DNA of 64,000 nt from Macrostomum lignano (taxonomy: Eukaryota). The notes under the pieces are model-generated. The model saw only the letters and a list, made by a program, of their open reading frames with translations. It did not search any database and was not told where the DNA came from. The DNA is taken from assembly GCA_002269645.1 (NCBI GenBank), contig NIVC01000001.1, positions 372,001 through 436,000 on the forward strand. Direction: 5' to 3'. Made by a program: the position numbers and the translations under genes. The stretch's first letter is position 1; every line of letters begins with the position of its first letter. Positions 1 through 14,533 of the stretch are shown one piece after another.

Positions 1-170
1 GGAGATTCTCTGTTGGCTTTAGGGAGATTCTCTGTTGGCTTCAGGGAGATTCTCTATTAGTTTCAGAGAGATTCTCTAAGGGTTTCAGGGAGATTTTCTA
101 TTAGTTTCAGGGAGATTACCTATTAGTTTCAGGGAAATTCTTTATTAGTTTCAGGGAGATTCTCTATTGA
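1..170. repeat. ~23-bp minisatellite (GGAGATTCTCTATTAGTTTCAG-like)
   Basis: About 7 degenerate tandem units visible directly. Confidence 0.8.
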
Positions 171-406
171 ACGAATGTTTGCTTAATACAGAATAGTCTA
201 CTTTTCATTTGTCATTAACCGTATCCCGGCAGTAGAAAAAATTGAAACTGAAATACTGAATAAAGCGACTGTCTTTGACAACCTAGGTTAAGGGGTTAAG
301 ACTTTCTGATAAGAATTTGCACAGCTCACAAGCGTCGATAAAAATGAGCAGGGGGCACAGAAAGACAGCACTTTTGAAATTCTAACTTAATTAAAGTCAA
401 ATTTAG

Positions 407-1962
<1,556 letters not shown>

Positions 1963-1968
1963 CCTCAC

Positions 1969-4900
1969 CTCCAGAATGGCTACGCAGGCCGCCTTGAGCT
2001 GAGCGGCCTTGGCGCTGAGGGCCAGCCGGTCCCTCAGCAGCATGCGGTAGCGCTGGTAGAACTCTTCGTATCCCCAACGAGACGGAAATCCGGCGGCGCT
2101 GATTCGGACCGTCTCCAACACGCCGCAGGCTCGCAGTTGCTCCACAGCTCGCCGGCTGTCCAGATCGAAGGGCGCTTTGGCATCGTTGGGCTTGATGCAG
2201 CGAATGAAATGCGGGTTGGTCTTGGACAACGTGTCCATCAGGTCCGTGAGCGACTGTTTGAACTGATTGGCCACCGTCTGACGGCTGAACTTCTGCTGCT
2301 GCTGCGGTTGCTGCTGCGCGCTGCGACCGGTGGGCGCAATGTCCTTGAAGTAGGCGCCAGGGTTGGAGGTGGCGCGGCCCCGGCCTCCGGCGCTACCAGC
2401 GGCGCCAGCGGGCTCGGCGACTCCGCCTCCGGAGAACAGCCGGCTGAAGAAGTCCACTTCAGACGCTCTGACAATTGACAGCAGGTCCTCGTAGACAGCG
2501 TCCCGGTTCTTTTCTAGGAAACCGTGCACCGTGTAGGCCACCGGCTCGGCAAAGTGGCGCACAATGAAGCAGTCGCGGCTGCCGATCTTGGGGGTGTCGT
2601 AGTGCCGGGACTTGGCCAGGGTGCGCTGCATTTTCTGCAGCCAGTTGGAGTCCGAGCCGCGCACCATCTTGCACTCCTCGTCTAGCAGGTCGAGGATGCC
2701 GAGCTTGGCCTCAATCAGCTCGATGCACGGCTGGTTGTCGGTGAACTCGATGAAGGACCAGTCGATCTCTTCAGAAACGTAGATTTGCTGCTCGAGTTTG
2801 AAGACGTGAATGTTGAACTGCTGCTGCAGCTTCTCGTTGGCGTAATTGATGCAGAACTGCTCGAAGCTGTTCACCTGGGGGGTCGGTTGGTTTGCGGTGG
2901 TTACGGTTTGATACTGGCTTCAGGGGTCATGCACTGGCTTCAGGGGTCATGCACTGGTTTCAGGGGTCATGCACTGGTTTCAGGGGTCATGCACTGGCTT
3001 CAGGGGTCATGCACTGGCTTCAGAGGTCATGCACTGGCTTCAGGGGTCATGCACTGACTTCAGGGGTCATGCACTGGCTTTAGGACCGGAGTAAGGGGTC
3101 ATGCACTAATTTCAGGATCGGAGCAAGGGGTCATGCACTGGCTTCAAAACCGGAGCAAGGGGTCATGCACTGGCTTCAGGACAGGAGCAAGGGGTCATGC
3201 ACTGGCTTCAGGATCGGAGCAGGGGTCATAGCCTGACTAAAGACCGGAGCAAGGGGTCATAGCCTGACTAAAGATCGGACCAAGGGGTCATAGCCTGACT
3301 AAAGACCGGAGCAAGGGGTCATAGACTGACTAAAGACCGGAGCAAGGGGTCATAGCCTGACTAAAGACCGGAGCAAGGGGTCATAGCCTGACTAAAGACC
3401 GGAGCAAGGGGTCATAGCCTGGCAAAAAGACAGAACCAACCTGGAAAATCTCGAACCCGTAGATGTCCAAAATGCCAACAAAAGGCAGGCAGTGGCTCAG
3501 GTCAGTTTTCTGCTGCTGCTGCGACCGCCGCTCCAAGGCCTTGTTGATCAGCGCCACCAGCCAGTGGAACACGCAGGCGTACATAAACTTTGCCACCGCG
3601 TCTCGAGCGTTCACCGCTTCATTAACCGTGAACGGCTTGATCAGCTGTTCCCCAACCGTGACGATTCGCCGGTGCACCAGCCAGGTGCGAAGTTGCTCCT
3701 GGTCGATTTTCAACAGGTCGCAGGCGGCGCTGAGGCCTGGGTCGGAGGCGACGATGGCGGAAGATTCAGAGGACTCGCCCGGGTGGATGGACACGTTGCC
3801 AAGGTGCAGGATGGCCGCCAGGATGGTGAACAGGCTCCACTCGTCATCCTCAGTGAGACCTGCGGCACGAACGCGTAAGCCATTCTTATCCCGATCTCAC
3901 CTGCCATTCTCATCCCGATCTTACCTGCCATTCTCATCCCGATCTCACCTGCCATTCTCATCCCGATCTCACCTGCCATTCTCATCCCGATCTCACCTGC
4001 CATTCTCATCCCCACCTCACCTGCTAGTCTCATCCCGATCTCACCTGCCATTCTCATTTCCACCTCAGCTGCTATTCTCATCCCGATCTCACCTGCCATT
4101 CTCATCCCGATCTCACCTGCCATTCTCATCCCGATCTCACCTGCCATTCTCATCCCGATCTCACCTGCCATTCTCATCCCGATCTCACCTGCCATTCTCA
4201 TCCCGATCTCACCTGCCATTCTCATCCCGGTCTCACCTGCCATTCTCATCCCGGTCTCACCTGCCAGTCTCATCCCCACCTCACCTGCCATTCTCATCCC
4301 CACCTCACCTGCCAGTCTCATCCCCACCTCACCTGCCAGTCTCATCCCCACCTCACCTGTTAGTCTCATCCGCACCTCACCTGCCATTCTCATCCTGGTC
4401 TCACCTGCCAGTCTCATCCCCACCTCACCTGCCTGTCTCATCCGCACCTCACCTGCCTGTCTCAGCCTCAGCCAACCCCAAGCCAGCAGGCGGCAGCTCA
4501 CCGAGGGTTCGGAAAGCCGTCCTGGTCACGCTGAGCTCATCGGCATCGCTAACATTATCAACTGTCCAGCACTGGCCGCCGGACAGGTACTGGAAATTGT
4601 CCGGGCTACTCAAACCCAGCGAGGCGTCCTCAGTGCTGCACAGCTGATAAAATATGTGATAGTTGCGCTCATTGGAAGCTTGGGTTACAACTCGACTTTT
4701 CTCCAGCAGGTAGGTTCGAATGCTAGCGTGGGAGATCTGGGAGGCTGCGAACGCGATCTGAATGTACTTTCCGAATCGGCTGCTGTTGTCGTTGCGGGTG
4801 GTTTTGGCGTTTCCTGGAAAGCATTTCGGATTGTGAGAATAGAGGATAGAAGCATTGAGGAGATAGAATAATTGAAACTGAAACAGAGTAAGGTACCCTT

Positions 4901-7302
4901 GAGGAATCCCGGGAACAGAGATATAGTGACGAAGAATAGAGACTCAAATGCAGAAATCGAGATTTAGGGGGAGAATAGACATCCAGATAAGATAATTGAG
5001 AATAGATATCCAGATGATAGAGAATAGATATTCGGAAGATGGAGAATAGATATCCGCATAGATATTAGACATCCTTATAGACTATAGAGATTAGATATCC
5101 ACAAAGAGATTAGATATCCAGACGGAGAATAGACATCCAGACGGAGATTAAATATCCAAAGGGAGAATAGATATCCGGATGGAGATTAGATATCCGGATG
5201 GAGATTAGATATCTAGATGAAGAGATAGATATTCAATTAGAAGTTCTGAATTCGCCAAAGCCCCATGCCCAGGGCATTAAAAATTCGAACCAACCGAACG
5301 CCTCGAGAATGGGATTGGACGCCAGAATCCGATCCTCAATCTGTGAATAATGAAAGTCATCGCCAGCTCCGCCGCTGCCGCCGCCACCACCGACGTCGCC
5401 GACGCTGGCGGTTGCCGCCGATGCTACAGTCGCCAAGTAGCGCAGTGTGTAGCGAGCGTTCACAGTTTTGCCGCTGCCGCTCTCGCCAGACACGATTATT
5501 GATTGATTCTGGCCGAATACGGACATGTGATTGAAGGCCTGCTCGGCCACGCCGAACACGTGCGGCTCCAGGGCCGAGCCGACATCCTCGCAGCCGGAGT
5601 AGGCCAGGATTACCGTGTCGTCGTAGATTGGCACGTCCTGGAAGTTGCGTGGAGATTCCAGACTGGGGAATCCATTGCAGCTATCAGGGATTGGGGAATC
5701 CCAGAATTAGGAATCCCAGACTGGGGAATCCATTGCAGCGATCAGGGATTGGGGAATCCCGGACTGGGGAATCCATTGCAGCGATCGGGGAGTGGGGAAT
5801 CCCAGAATGGGGAATCCCAGACTGGGAAATCCATTGCAGCAATTAGGAACTGGGATCTGTATTCCCAAATGAAATTTGTTTTCAATTACCTGATATGGGT
5901 TCAGAGCCACTAGCACAATGCCGCAGTAAGTGTAGATGGTGCGCCTTTCCAAGAACCGAATGCGCAGGTTATGCAGCACCTCGGCTTCGTTCAAATAGCT
6001 GAGCGAGGTGAGATTGTTTTCCCCAGTCAGAATGTCCGGATTTCGCAGTGGCGGCAAATCCCGACCAGCATCTCTGATGCGCAGAGTTCGAACCTTCAAA
6101 GGAGGAAGCGAAAACGAGTAATTTATTAATAATAAACTGCTATATGCAGTGCAAGTAATCATGCCAGTTGACAGCAGTAAGCTAGCTAACCTCGCCCGAC
6201 TCCAGTGTGACTGTCAGCTCCTTGGCGCCTTCCTGGTAGCCAGCGGTGAGCACCCCGCCCTGCCATACCTCAAGAGTGTCAGGCAGCCAGACGCGTGTGC
6301 CCTGCGAATGCATATGAAGTGTTTTCTTTTAATGTACACAAACATATTATTAGTTGTGTTGTGCATATACGAAAAGTATAAAAGTATTACAAAGTTGCAA
6401 CATATAATTTATATAACTTTTGTTCAAAAAGTAAATAAAATATTCATTTAATTCACTTCAGTCCATCCATTAGGCACAGGACTGCAAAAGTGGGACCTGC
6501 ATCCTATCTATCTACTAGAAAAAGTTGTATTGTCTACTAGTAGATAGCTGATAAAATCACTATTTAATATTGACTAGTTTGTCTAAATAGTAGGCATATA
6601 ATATTCAATCTAAGTTTTAATATGGATTTTTCTTTATCATGATTTTAGCTAGCAGAATACCAATGAATAACTTCTAAGTTAATTTATACCAACATTAACA
6701 GAAATACAAAGCTAATTTTTACTAGGTTTGATATAATCAATACATATGATAAAACTATAAAAAATTGAGATTGGCTTAGTTATTTAACTTAAGAAAGTTC
6801 CTAAAAATAACTTTATGAATTTGTGAAAACTAAAGGAAAAGAGGTTAATAATAAAAAATAGCTTTATAAGGCCTAATAATAATAGTATAATACTAATACA
6901 TTAAACATTCAACAAGTTTTTGCCTAACATTGCATACTACACATTGTTAAATATAGATAACAGATTAAAATATACATATGCCTATTTAAATTCCTAGAGA
7001 TAACTTATTTTTAGCATAGACGTTGGTAGGACAATTAAAAAACTACCAATAGCTAAATCTGAAGTTCACTCTATTAAGCATTTAATGCTTTTTGAAGTTC
7101 TACTTAAATAATTTATATTTGAGTTAATACTTATTGTGTTATCTTACAAAAAATGCTTTTATTATTGACGTCAAGATTTTAAAGATCAATTTTACTAAAC
7201 AGCAATAAAAAGTAGCAAACTACTTCAATTTACTCTCAGTTTTCGAAAAGCAGGCGAATACTTCTTACATCTTACCTTGCTGTATAACTCCACTAGAGAC
7301 AT
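1969..7302 (-). CDS. MYO5: Unconventional myosin class V, motor domain (3' part of gene lies left of the window or was not found)
   Basis: Exons joined by GT-AG sites with consistent phase: 7276-7302 (MSLVELYSK), 6191-6301 ([14 protein letters not shown]), 5890-6093 ([24 protein letters not shown]...NPYQ), 5295-5637 (P-loop GESGSGKT...[10 protein letters not shown]), 4502-4813 ([31 protein letters not shown]), 3441-3859 ([26 protein letters not shown]), 1969-2874 ([48 protein letters not shown]). The N-terminus matches the myosin V pattern ELYTK-RVWIPD-LPxLRNPDIL. Confidence 0.95.
2918..3420. repeat. Intronic minisatellites (20-bp GCACTGGCTTCAGGGGTCAT, then ~31-bp unit)
   Basis: Tandem units fill myosin intron 2875-3440. 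Confidence 0.9.
3878..4465. repeat. Intronic 24-bp minisatellite (CACCTGCCATTCTCATCCCGATCT)
   Basis: About 24 units fill myosin intron 3860-4501. They give the MRMAGEIG and HLPFSSRS repeats in the ORF track. Confidence 0.95.
4970..5232. repeat. Intronic ~20-bp degenerate minisatellite (GATATCCRGATGGAGAWTA)
   Basis: Tandem units in myosin intron 4814-5294. Confidence 0.8.
5655..5855. repeat. Intronic minisatellite (GGGAATCCCAGACTG / GGGAATCCATTGCAG units)
   Basis: Tandem units in myosin intron 5638-5889. Confidence 0.8.
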
Positions 7303-8271
7303 ATTTTACTTGTCTAAGATGGGGTAGAGGGTCTATCAGCTAGAGCTCAGACATTTAAAGACGTACTTAAACATTATTGGTAATTCATACTCATGCTTGT
7401 GCTGTTATAGACAAAATTAAACGGTATTTAATGTACTGAATTAATAACTATTCAAAGCACCGAGATGAAGATAGAACCACAATACACAACACCTACTTAA
7501 AGGAAAAGGGAAAATTAAGAAATGCAAAAAGCTAGTATTTACATCTCAGTTTTAAAAGCTGAACGCGTTTTAGTCTTATGTAGCCGATCAGCAACGTTTG
7601 GCTAGAAGTATCATCAACCACTGATATAGGCCATAAAAAAGGAACAGAACACTTCAAGTTAAAAGTTAGTAGTGAATCACGACACGTTCTAACAAAAGTA
7701 GAATAAGGCAAAAATTTAACTAGATTTAATTTACAATAGTTAATCTGTGTAAAAATAGTAACTTTTTTTCAGTTTTCTTAGATAACAATGCATGCTTACT
7801 GTGAAATACTTAAATTGCATAAGTCTGTTTATTATCGCTGCTTGTTGTAATCGTTGCGTTAGACATTTCCTCTTGGCTGTAGCCTGTCTTAGTGTCTCCA
7901 CTTTTTCTCAGATGATTAACTTTTTTTCAGTTACAATTAATTTGTAAAAGCTATTTTTTGATGTGTGCTACATTGGATTTTGATTCAGGTATGTTAAAAA
8001 ATTACTCGATGCTGTGCTGCTTAAATATTATTAGGCCTATGATAATGACAGTTTTAGGCTAGCTCAGGATTTCCTTGTTCTTTGGACTTTGCATTTGCAC
8101 TCAGGCCTACTTGTTGTAATTGAATATGGGCCCGTCATCTCCTTCATCTCCAGTATGAGTAAATATAACTTTTAAAACTAGTAATCAGTGTAATCTCCTT
8201 TATTATAGATATAGGCCCCTACACTCAGCAAAATGTTACTTATACTTATAGGGCCTACTTATAGTTTCTAG

Positions 8272-8527
8272 TTCTATCCCAAAACCAGTGGTCAACTTTC
8301 CTCAGATCTCAGCCCCAAGTGATGCAATTCACACCACATCTGCAGGCTTGTATGGGCTAATTTTGCAATCAAGCTGATCCGAAGAAAAATAAATTGATAT
8401 TAACATATTGTCCTAGACTCAATGATAATATAATTTATCAAAATTACTGATAAGAATTACTTAATTCATTCATTCATTATTCAACTGATGAATAATTTAT
8501 CAGTTGACCACTGGCTTTGGGATAGAA
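8272..8527. mobile_element. MITE-like element with 26-bp terminal inverted repeats
   Basis: TTCTATCCCAAAACCAGTGGTCAACT (8272-8297) is inverted at 8502-8527 with one mismatch. Confidence 0.7.
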
Positions 8528-9426
8528 ACTTTAACAGGTTGCTAATTGATAATCAGTTGTTTTGCCCATAAACCATTTTGGCCATAGACATTTAGGTACT
8601 AGACTATTTGTCTGCCAGCTGCTGGCAGGCAAACAAATAGTCCAAACTGAAAAGTTTTTCAAATTTTCAATAGTTGCTACACTAATACACAAGAAGATTC
8701 TAAAATGTTATTTACCTAGGCCTATGTTTTTAAAAAATTATAGGCCTTTTTCAGAATTTAAAAAAACAAAGAAAAAGTTGGCTTTGTTGAAAGTTTATGC
8801 TTTTTTTATTTTTGATAGTGGTAGCATGCACTATCAGCATACCATGATTTCATTGCAACATTGCATTGGCACAATCATTTTCAATAGTAGGGTACTTTCA
8901 TTTGTTAGATTATAATACAATGGCTTTCATTTTTTATTGTGGCATAGTTTAAAAAAGTAGGGCCTCGATAAGACAGTACTACTGCCTTAGTCTGGATTGT
9001 GTAACTGGGTTTTTTTACAAATAGGTGCAAATAGCATCCTAGTCTTAAAATCTAGCACAGGATGTAAAATTACATCCAAGTATGGACAAAAAACCAATTG
9101 TGTAATGATGTATTAAAATGACTATAACAAAGTTATAGTCTTCTAGAAAACTCTACTATGCTATAAGTTACTGCAACATCTAATGCCAAAATGATTTGCT
9201 ACTGAAATATATATTGCCAGTGTCCAAAAACTTGTCAGTTACCACATTGACTATTTAGTACCAGTAGATGAATAGTCCTAGATCTCAACTAGTTTTCTGT
9301 CATAAGGAGGGTCCATGTACCATAGCTATAGCCGTAAGCAAAAGTACAGCTTATTCCAATTCTCCATATTCCATAGCCATAAAGACCTCAATATTACCAT
9401 ATTCCCATAGTTCCCATAGCTATAGC

Positions 9427-9683
9427 CATACATGCGCAACTGCTGGCCGATCTGGCCACCGTAAATTGTGGTGGACCAGGGGTAAGTCGCAAAAATTCCC
9501 AGCCTGAAGAGTACAGACATAGTACTAATTAGATGACGAGGCATTTATACCTTATAAGACAGTCATAGTTACTCCTGCCGTTTACCCAAAATTGCGTTAG
9601 GGTTTCTTTTACAGGTAAGTCGCATTTTTGGTCAAAAAGTAAGTCGCATGGCCAGTGTAAATCAGGGGGGTTGCGCATGTATG
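9427..9683. mobile_element. hAT-type MITE, copy 1
   Basis: Perfect 14-bp TIR CATACATGCGCAAC. 8-bp TSD GCTATAGC at 9419-9426 and 9684-9691. Confidence 0.9.
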
Positions 9684-11084
9684 GCTATAGCCATAGTTTT
9701 AACAAAAAGTCTAGAAAACAAATTATTTTGAATCAAGAAAATAACCTAGTGCTTAAACAACTAAAAATTAAGTTAGAAAAAAGAAACACTCAATTGATTG
9801 CCTTTGTAAGATTATATTTCATCTTTTTTTCAGAGCAACAATACTTAATTGTTACTAAAATTACTAATGCTAAACTTTTTTACACTAATAAAAATTAGAG
9901 TTTGCTAGTGTTTAATTGTACTTTATTAGGTATATTTTAAAAGTTTCTAAATTGATAATATAGTTTACTAAAAGTATATTTGTTTTACTCTACCTGTTTC
10001 TAATATTTTTTAATTTTTTTAATATTAACTACAGCTATGAGAATTAGAATGTGAGAACAACTACCATATTTTTGTATTTGTAGACATAAGAGCAGCTAGC
10101 TACCATAGGCATATCCGTAGTTGCTGTAGGCATCTATTTTACCATATTTGTCGTAGGATCCCACAGCCATAGCTACAGCTACAGCAGAACACTAATTTGG
10201 ACATTTTGCCCCTAGATCATTTTGGCCATAGACCATTTCTAAAATTTACAGTTTTTAACTTTGTGCTTTGATTCTCATTCTTAATTTTGGTAGTAAATCT
10301 TATTCTTTTAATATTTCTGGCTTTATCTTGTTTGTAACCAAAACCCTTTCTTACCTTTTGATTGTTCAAATTGGCTTTCATTGTCACACTTTCAAAAGGA
10401 ATGATTTTTTGAAAAACTTATAAGTAATTCAAATTGTAATAAACAAAATTTGCAATAATACAATGACATAGTTGTTTTAGCAATTATTCAGATCATATTT
10501 TATTACAGATGTCAGGGGGGAAGTTGATATGTTAAAGCTTGTAAGGTGGAATTACTGATGTGCCAAAGCTTACAAGAGACTGCTGAGGTATATTGCAAAG
10601 AAATGCTATATGTAGTTTATTACAAAACTTGTACTGCATTTTTGGCTCCCCAACGCTAAGATACTTTTTATCATAGAAGTGTCATGCAAAAATAATGGAA
10701 GCATCATGTGAAAAATCATGGAAGCGTCATGTGAAAAATCATGGAAGCATCATGCAAAAAATAATGGAAGCTTCATGAAAAAAATCAAGCATCATGCAAA
10801 AACTCATAGATAAAATATTAAATTTAGAGTTATGGTTATGGTTAGAAGGGTTAAGAGTTTGACAGGAGAATTTTTTTAAGATTTCAAGGCTATATGTAGC
10901 TTATTAAAAAATGTGTATTGCATTTCTTTGGCTCCCCAACAGGGGCATAGATTGCTAGGATATGGCTGTATCTCTAAATTATATAATCAAAACAGACTGG
11001 GCAAAATGTCCATGGCTGAAATGGTTTGAAGACAAAACAACTAGAATTCTGCTGAGTATATAATAAAGGGCCCAGGCCTATCAT

Positions 11085-11382
11085 CATACATGCGCAACCT
11101 CCAAAATTCGGTCGGCCTTGCGACTTAGTTTTAACAAAAATGCGACGTAGTTTTTGGCCAAAAATGCGACTTACATGTAAAAAAAACAAAAAAATTAACG
11201 TAACTTTGGGTAAACGGCAAGAGTAACTATGACTGTCTTATTAAGTCAAAATGCCTCGTCAGCTACTTAGTACTAATACTAAGTAGTGGGCGTTTTCGGG
11301 TGGGCATTTTTGCGACTTCCTTGGTTGGCCGCCAAATCGGTCGGCCGGATCGGCCGACTCGGCCGACTGTTGCGCATGTATG
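11085..11382. mobile_element. hAT-type MITE, copy 2 (opposite orientation to copy 1)
   Basis: Same TIR. 8-bp TSD CCTATCAT at 11077-11084 and 11383-11390. The internal sequence is the reverse complement of copy 1 (for example TTGGGTAAACGGCARGAGTAACTATGACTGTCTTAT). Confidence 0.9.
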
Positions 11383-12281
11383 CCTATCATTAGTAAAATT
11401 TTCATAATTGTATATTTTAATTATAATTGCAATCTAGTAGTAGCCACAATAAAAGGCTAGATTTATTTGTGCATAGAGTATGCATAGGCTAGTAGTCACT
11501 TTGGGGACAAGACATTTTGTAAATTTACACTTTGGCAACAATTCAATTTTGAGACATAATTTTTTTGGCAATAATAACTGCTATATTATTAATGGTATTA
11601 GAGACATTTTGGCAAAAAGCCTACAATATTAATTTATGAATAAGTCTTAATTTGACAAGCAGTTTTTTGGTCACAAAGATAATATTTTTTACTTTTAATA
11701 ACAAAATGCAAATAAAAGTCAGTCTTGCACTTTGTTAAAAAATTTAATTAAAATAGTTAACTACTAATAGTAGGCCCAAGTTTGGCTTAGGCAAAAAGCT
11801 TGTTTGGCCAATATAAGTCAATGTATTTAATGATTGTTTAAGGTATAGGATACTTTTAAATAATGAATTTAATATTTGTAAAATTTCTAAGCCTGAGCTT
11901 GGCTGTTTTTTGATTGCCAACTTTAAATGCTAAATTTTAAACCTAAAAATACTATATGCTAGGTATACGCCATGATTGCTAGCAAAAGCTAAAAATACTA
12001 TATGCTAGGTATATGCCATGATTGCTAGCAAAGGCAAAAATATACTCAAATTTTCTTTTTCCACCTAGACTAAAGGGCATCCTAGGATTTTTCATAAGAT
12101 AGGGGCACATTGATATCATTGGGGAGAAGGGGTCAATTAAAATATGTTCTAATTTTGCTTTTATAGTTTAATTGTAACAAAATGGATTAAAGATTATATT
12201 TGTATAACAATTTTTTGTGTAAGTGTAGTGGTGGATTAAGCATGGATTTGCAACTGTATAATGACAATAATAAGTACTATA

Positions 12282-13200
12282 TATGAGGGATACTCTAAAA
12301 GTTTTGCAATTCAACTATTTAAAATTAATTCTGTTAAACTTTTCTATTACAATCCTTCAAAGTAGGCTCCTGGAACTGCAAACACTTGTGCACTCATCCA
12401 AGCCACTTGTTCATAAAGCCCTAGAAGTCTTCGATTGGGATGCCATCAATTGCCTCCTTTGCCACCTGCTCTAGCTCCTTGTCAGACTGAAACCTGTACC
12501 CCCTAAGCAACTTTTTTATTTCTAGAAAGAGCCAGAAGTCACAGGGGGTAAGGTCTGGTGAGTAAGGCAGGTGTAGTAGTGTTGAAATGCCCTCTTGGTC
12601 CAGGAATGCTCAAGTTGCAGCAGCCATGTTGGCGGGGGCATTGTCATAGTAAAGTTTCCACCCTCGCATTCTTGTCCTTGGTGCCCTCTAGGTCACGCTG
12701 TCAATCACGACAGGCAAGCACTCTTCAGTGTACTATCGAGTAGTGACTATAGCTTGACCCTCCAGCTTCACCATTGCCACCATGCCTTGTTAGTCGAATA
12801 AGATGCAAGCATCCGCTTGCCTTGGGACTGGGACTGCCTTTCTTTCAGGGGCATTGCCCACCTTCCAGCACCCACTCTGCACTGCTACACTTTGTCTTGA
12901 CATTAAAATGATAGAGAAACGAGTGATGACTTCAGAGCAGCGCTGATGGCTCCCGTGCTCATAGTGATCAATTAGAAACTGACAGAACTCTATGTGAGCC
13001 TGTTTCTGAGCCTCTGTCAGGATGTGGGGTATCCATTGGGCACAAAGCTTCCTGACTCTCAGGTGATCATGTGGAATCGTATTGACTGCTGCCGATCCAA
13101 TGCCGACATTCATAGCTAGCATATCCGTGGTGATTTGCAGATCCTAATGAATCAGCTCCTGCATTGCAGCGATGTTTTCCTCCTTATATCAATTCTAGAA
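12282..13200 (-). mobile_element. Degenerate mariner (Tc1/mariner) transposase relic
   Basis: Minus-strand motifs HDHLRVRKLCAQWIPHILT (WVPHEL-like), YYDNAPA and LHLPYSPDLTPCDFWLF, broken by stops and frameshifts. A mariner-like TIR TA-TGAGGGATACTCTAAAAG is at 12282. The other TIR was not found. Confidence 0.9.
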
Positions 13201-14533
13201 AAGAAAATAATACTTAACAAGGCTAACACTGTAACAATGTCACATTTGTGATGTAGCTTATCAGTTTTTTTGTTGTTATTTTACTGAATTGATAGTTAGT
13301 CAAAGATGCCCAGATCTAGAACAAAAAGTGGTACTTAGCCTAGTGGCTGCCATATCACAAACCTCTGTGACCCCTTCCCCCCTAGGCAATTAGGGGGATG
13401 CAACCCTTTGGCCCCTTTTTATGTATACCATTGCACTATTTTAAATAAGATTTAAATGAGACAAAAAGTCAAGGCATTCTTCTGACATAAGAAAGAATAT
13501 ATAAATGTGTATATATTTTCAGTTTTCTGTAGTAAGACAAATTGCACTTTGAGCCTTAAATTGCACCTTGAAATTAAGTATTAGGTACAAAACACAATAC
13601 AATGCTTTTGAACATTTTTGCAATGAACAATAAAATTAAAAGTACAAAAATTGAGATTAAAACTAGTTGCAATTTATAATTTCAAACTCTAATAAAAAGA
13701 TGCTCTAGTGTATAGTAGCTAAAGGTTTGATCAAAATCCCAGTTATTGCCAGGATCCTATGGCCTAGAATTTCAAGATTTTGGAATTGGATCAATATTTC
13801 TATCTAATGAAGATAGACTAGGGGCCTATAATTATAAAGCAAGTATAATAATATATTCAATGATGTTAGTATTGAATATATTGAATATTGAATAATATTG
13901 AATTGAATATTTACATACAAAAATGTTCTATAGTTCTATATGTGTCCAAATATTTATAACAAAGCTATGACAAATAAAACTAGGGCCTAATATTTTTTCT
14001 TTATAATCATATTTTACAATAAAATCTAATTATAGAATAGGCTTTAACTTTAAGTTTAACTTAAAATGCAATTTGATAATGTATCAAAAATTGTTCTAAA
14101 ATATTAGTTATATATTGTTATATAATTCATAGCTATTTTATAATTATTATTAGTTTTTTATTACAATATAAAGCTAAAAAACTTAGATTAGCAAAAATCC
14201 TAGATCCCATGTCTATCAAATTAATATACAGACTATATAGAGTATACCTATTACCTATGCAGATTTGAGCAAAAAAGGAATTATTCGGTTTTCGATCCCG
14301 CAGACAACGACAACGGCTGACGTGGCAACTTCTGCAGCCTCGGTTCGATTCTCCGCAGTTCAACTGTGCCATTTCCCAAGGCTGATACAGTTACTCGGCT
14401 GGATACAGAGGCGATAGAAAGCATTTTTTTGAAATCACAAGCAGATCAGTGCGTCTTTTAACAGGCTTGCTCATATTTAGTTCCCAGCCAGCGTCTCCCC
14501 AGTTTGCGCCTGTCACAATACCGAGCCGCCACA

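Noticed and set aside
206-282. Possible next myosin exon (TAG|VVKDSRFIQYFSFNFF...stop), which would give a motor-only protein
   Set aside because: The first 10 residues weakly resemble LILDKDKYQF, but the conserved GKTKIFFRAG is absent and no donor follows. The true exon probably lies outside the window, so this is undecidable here.
3463-4647. 394-aa plus-strand ORF and 263-aa minus-strand ORF (3710-4501)
   Set aside because: They are antisense to myosin exons plus the 24-bp intronic repeat, and have no independent coding signal.
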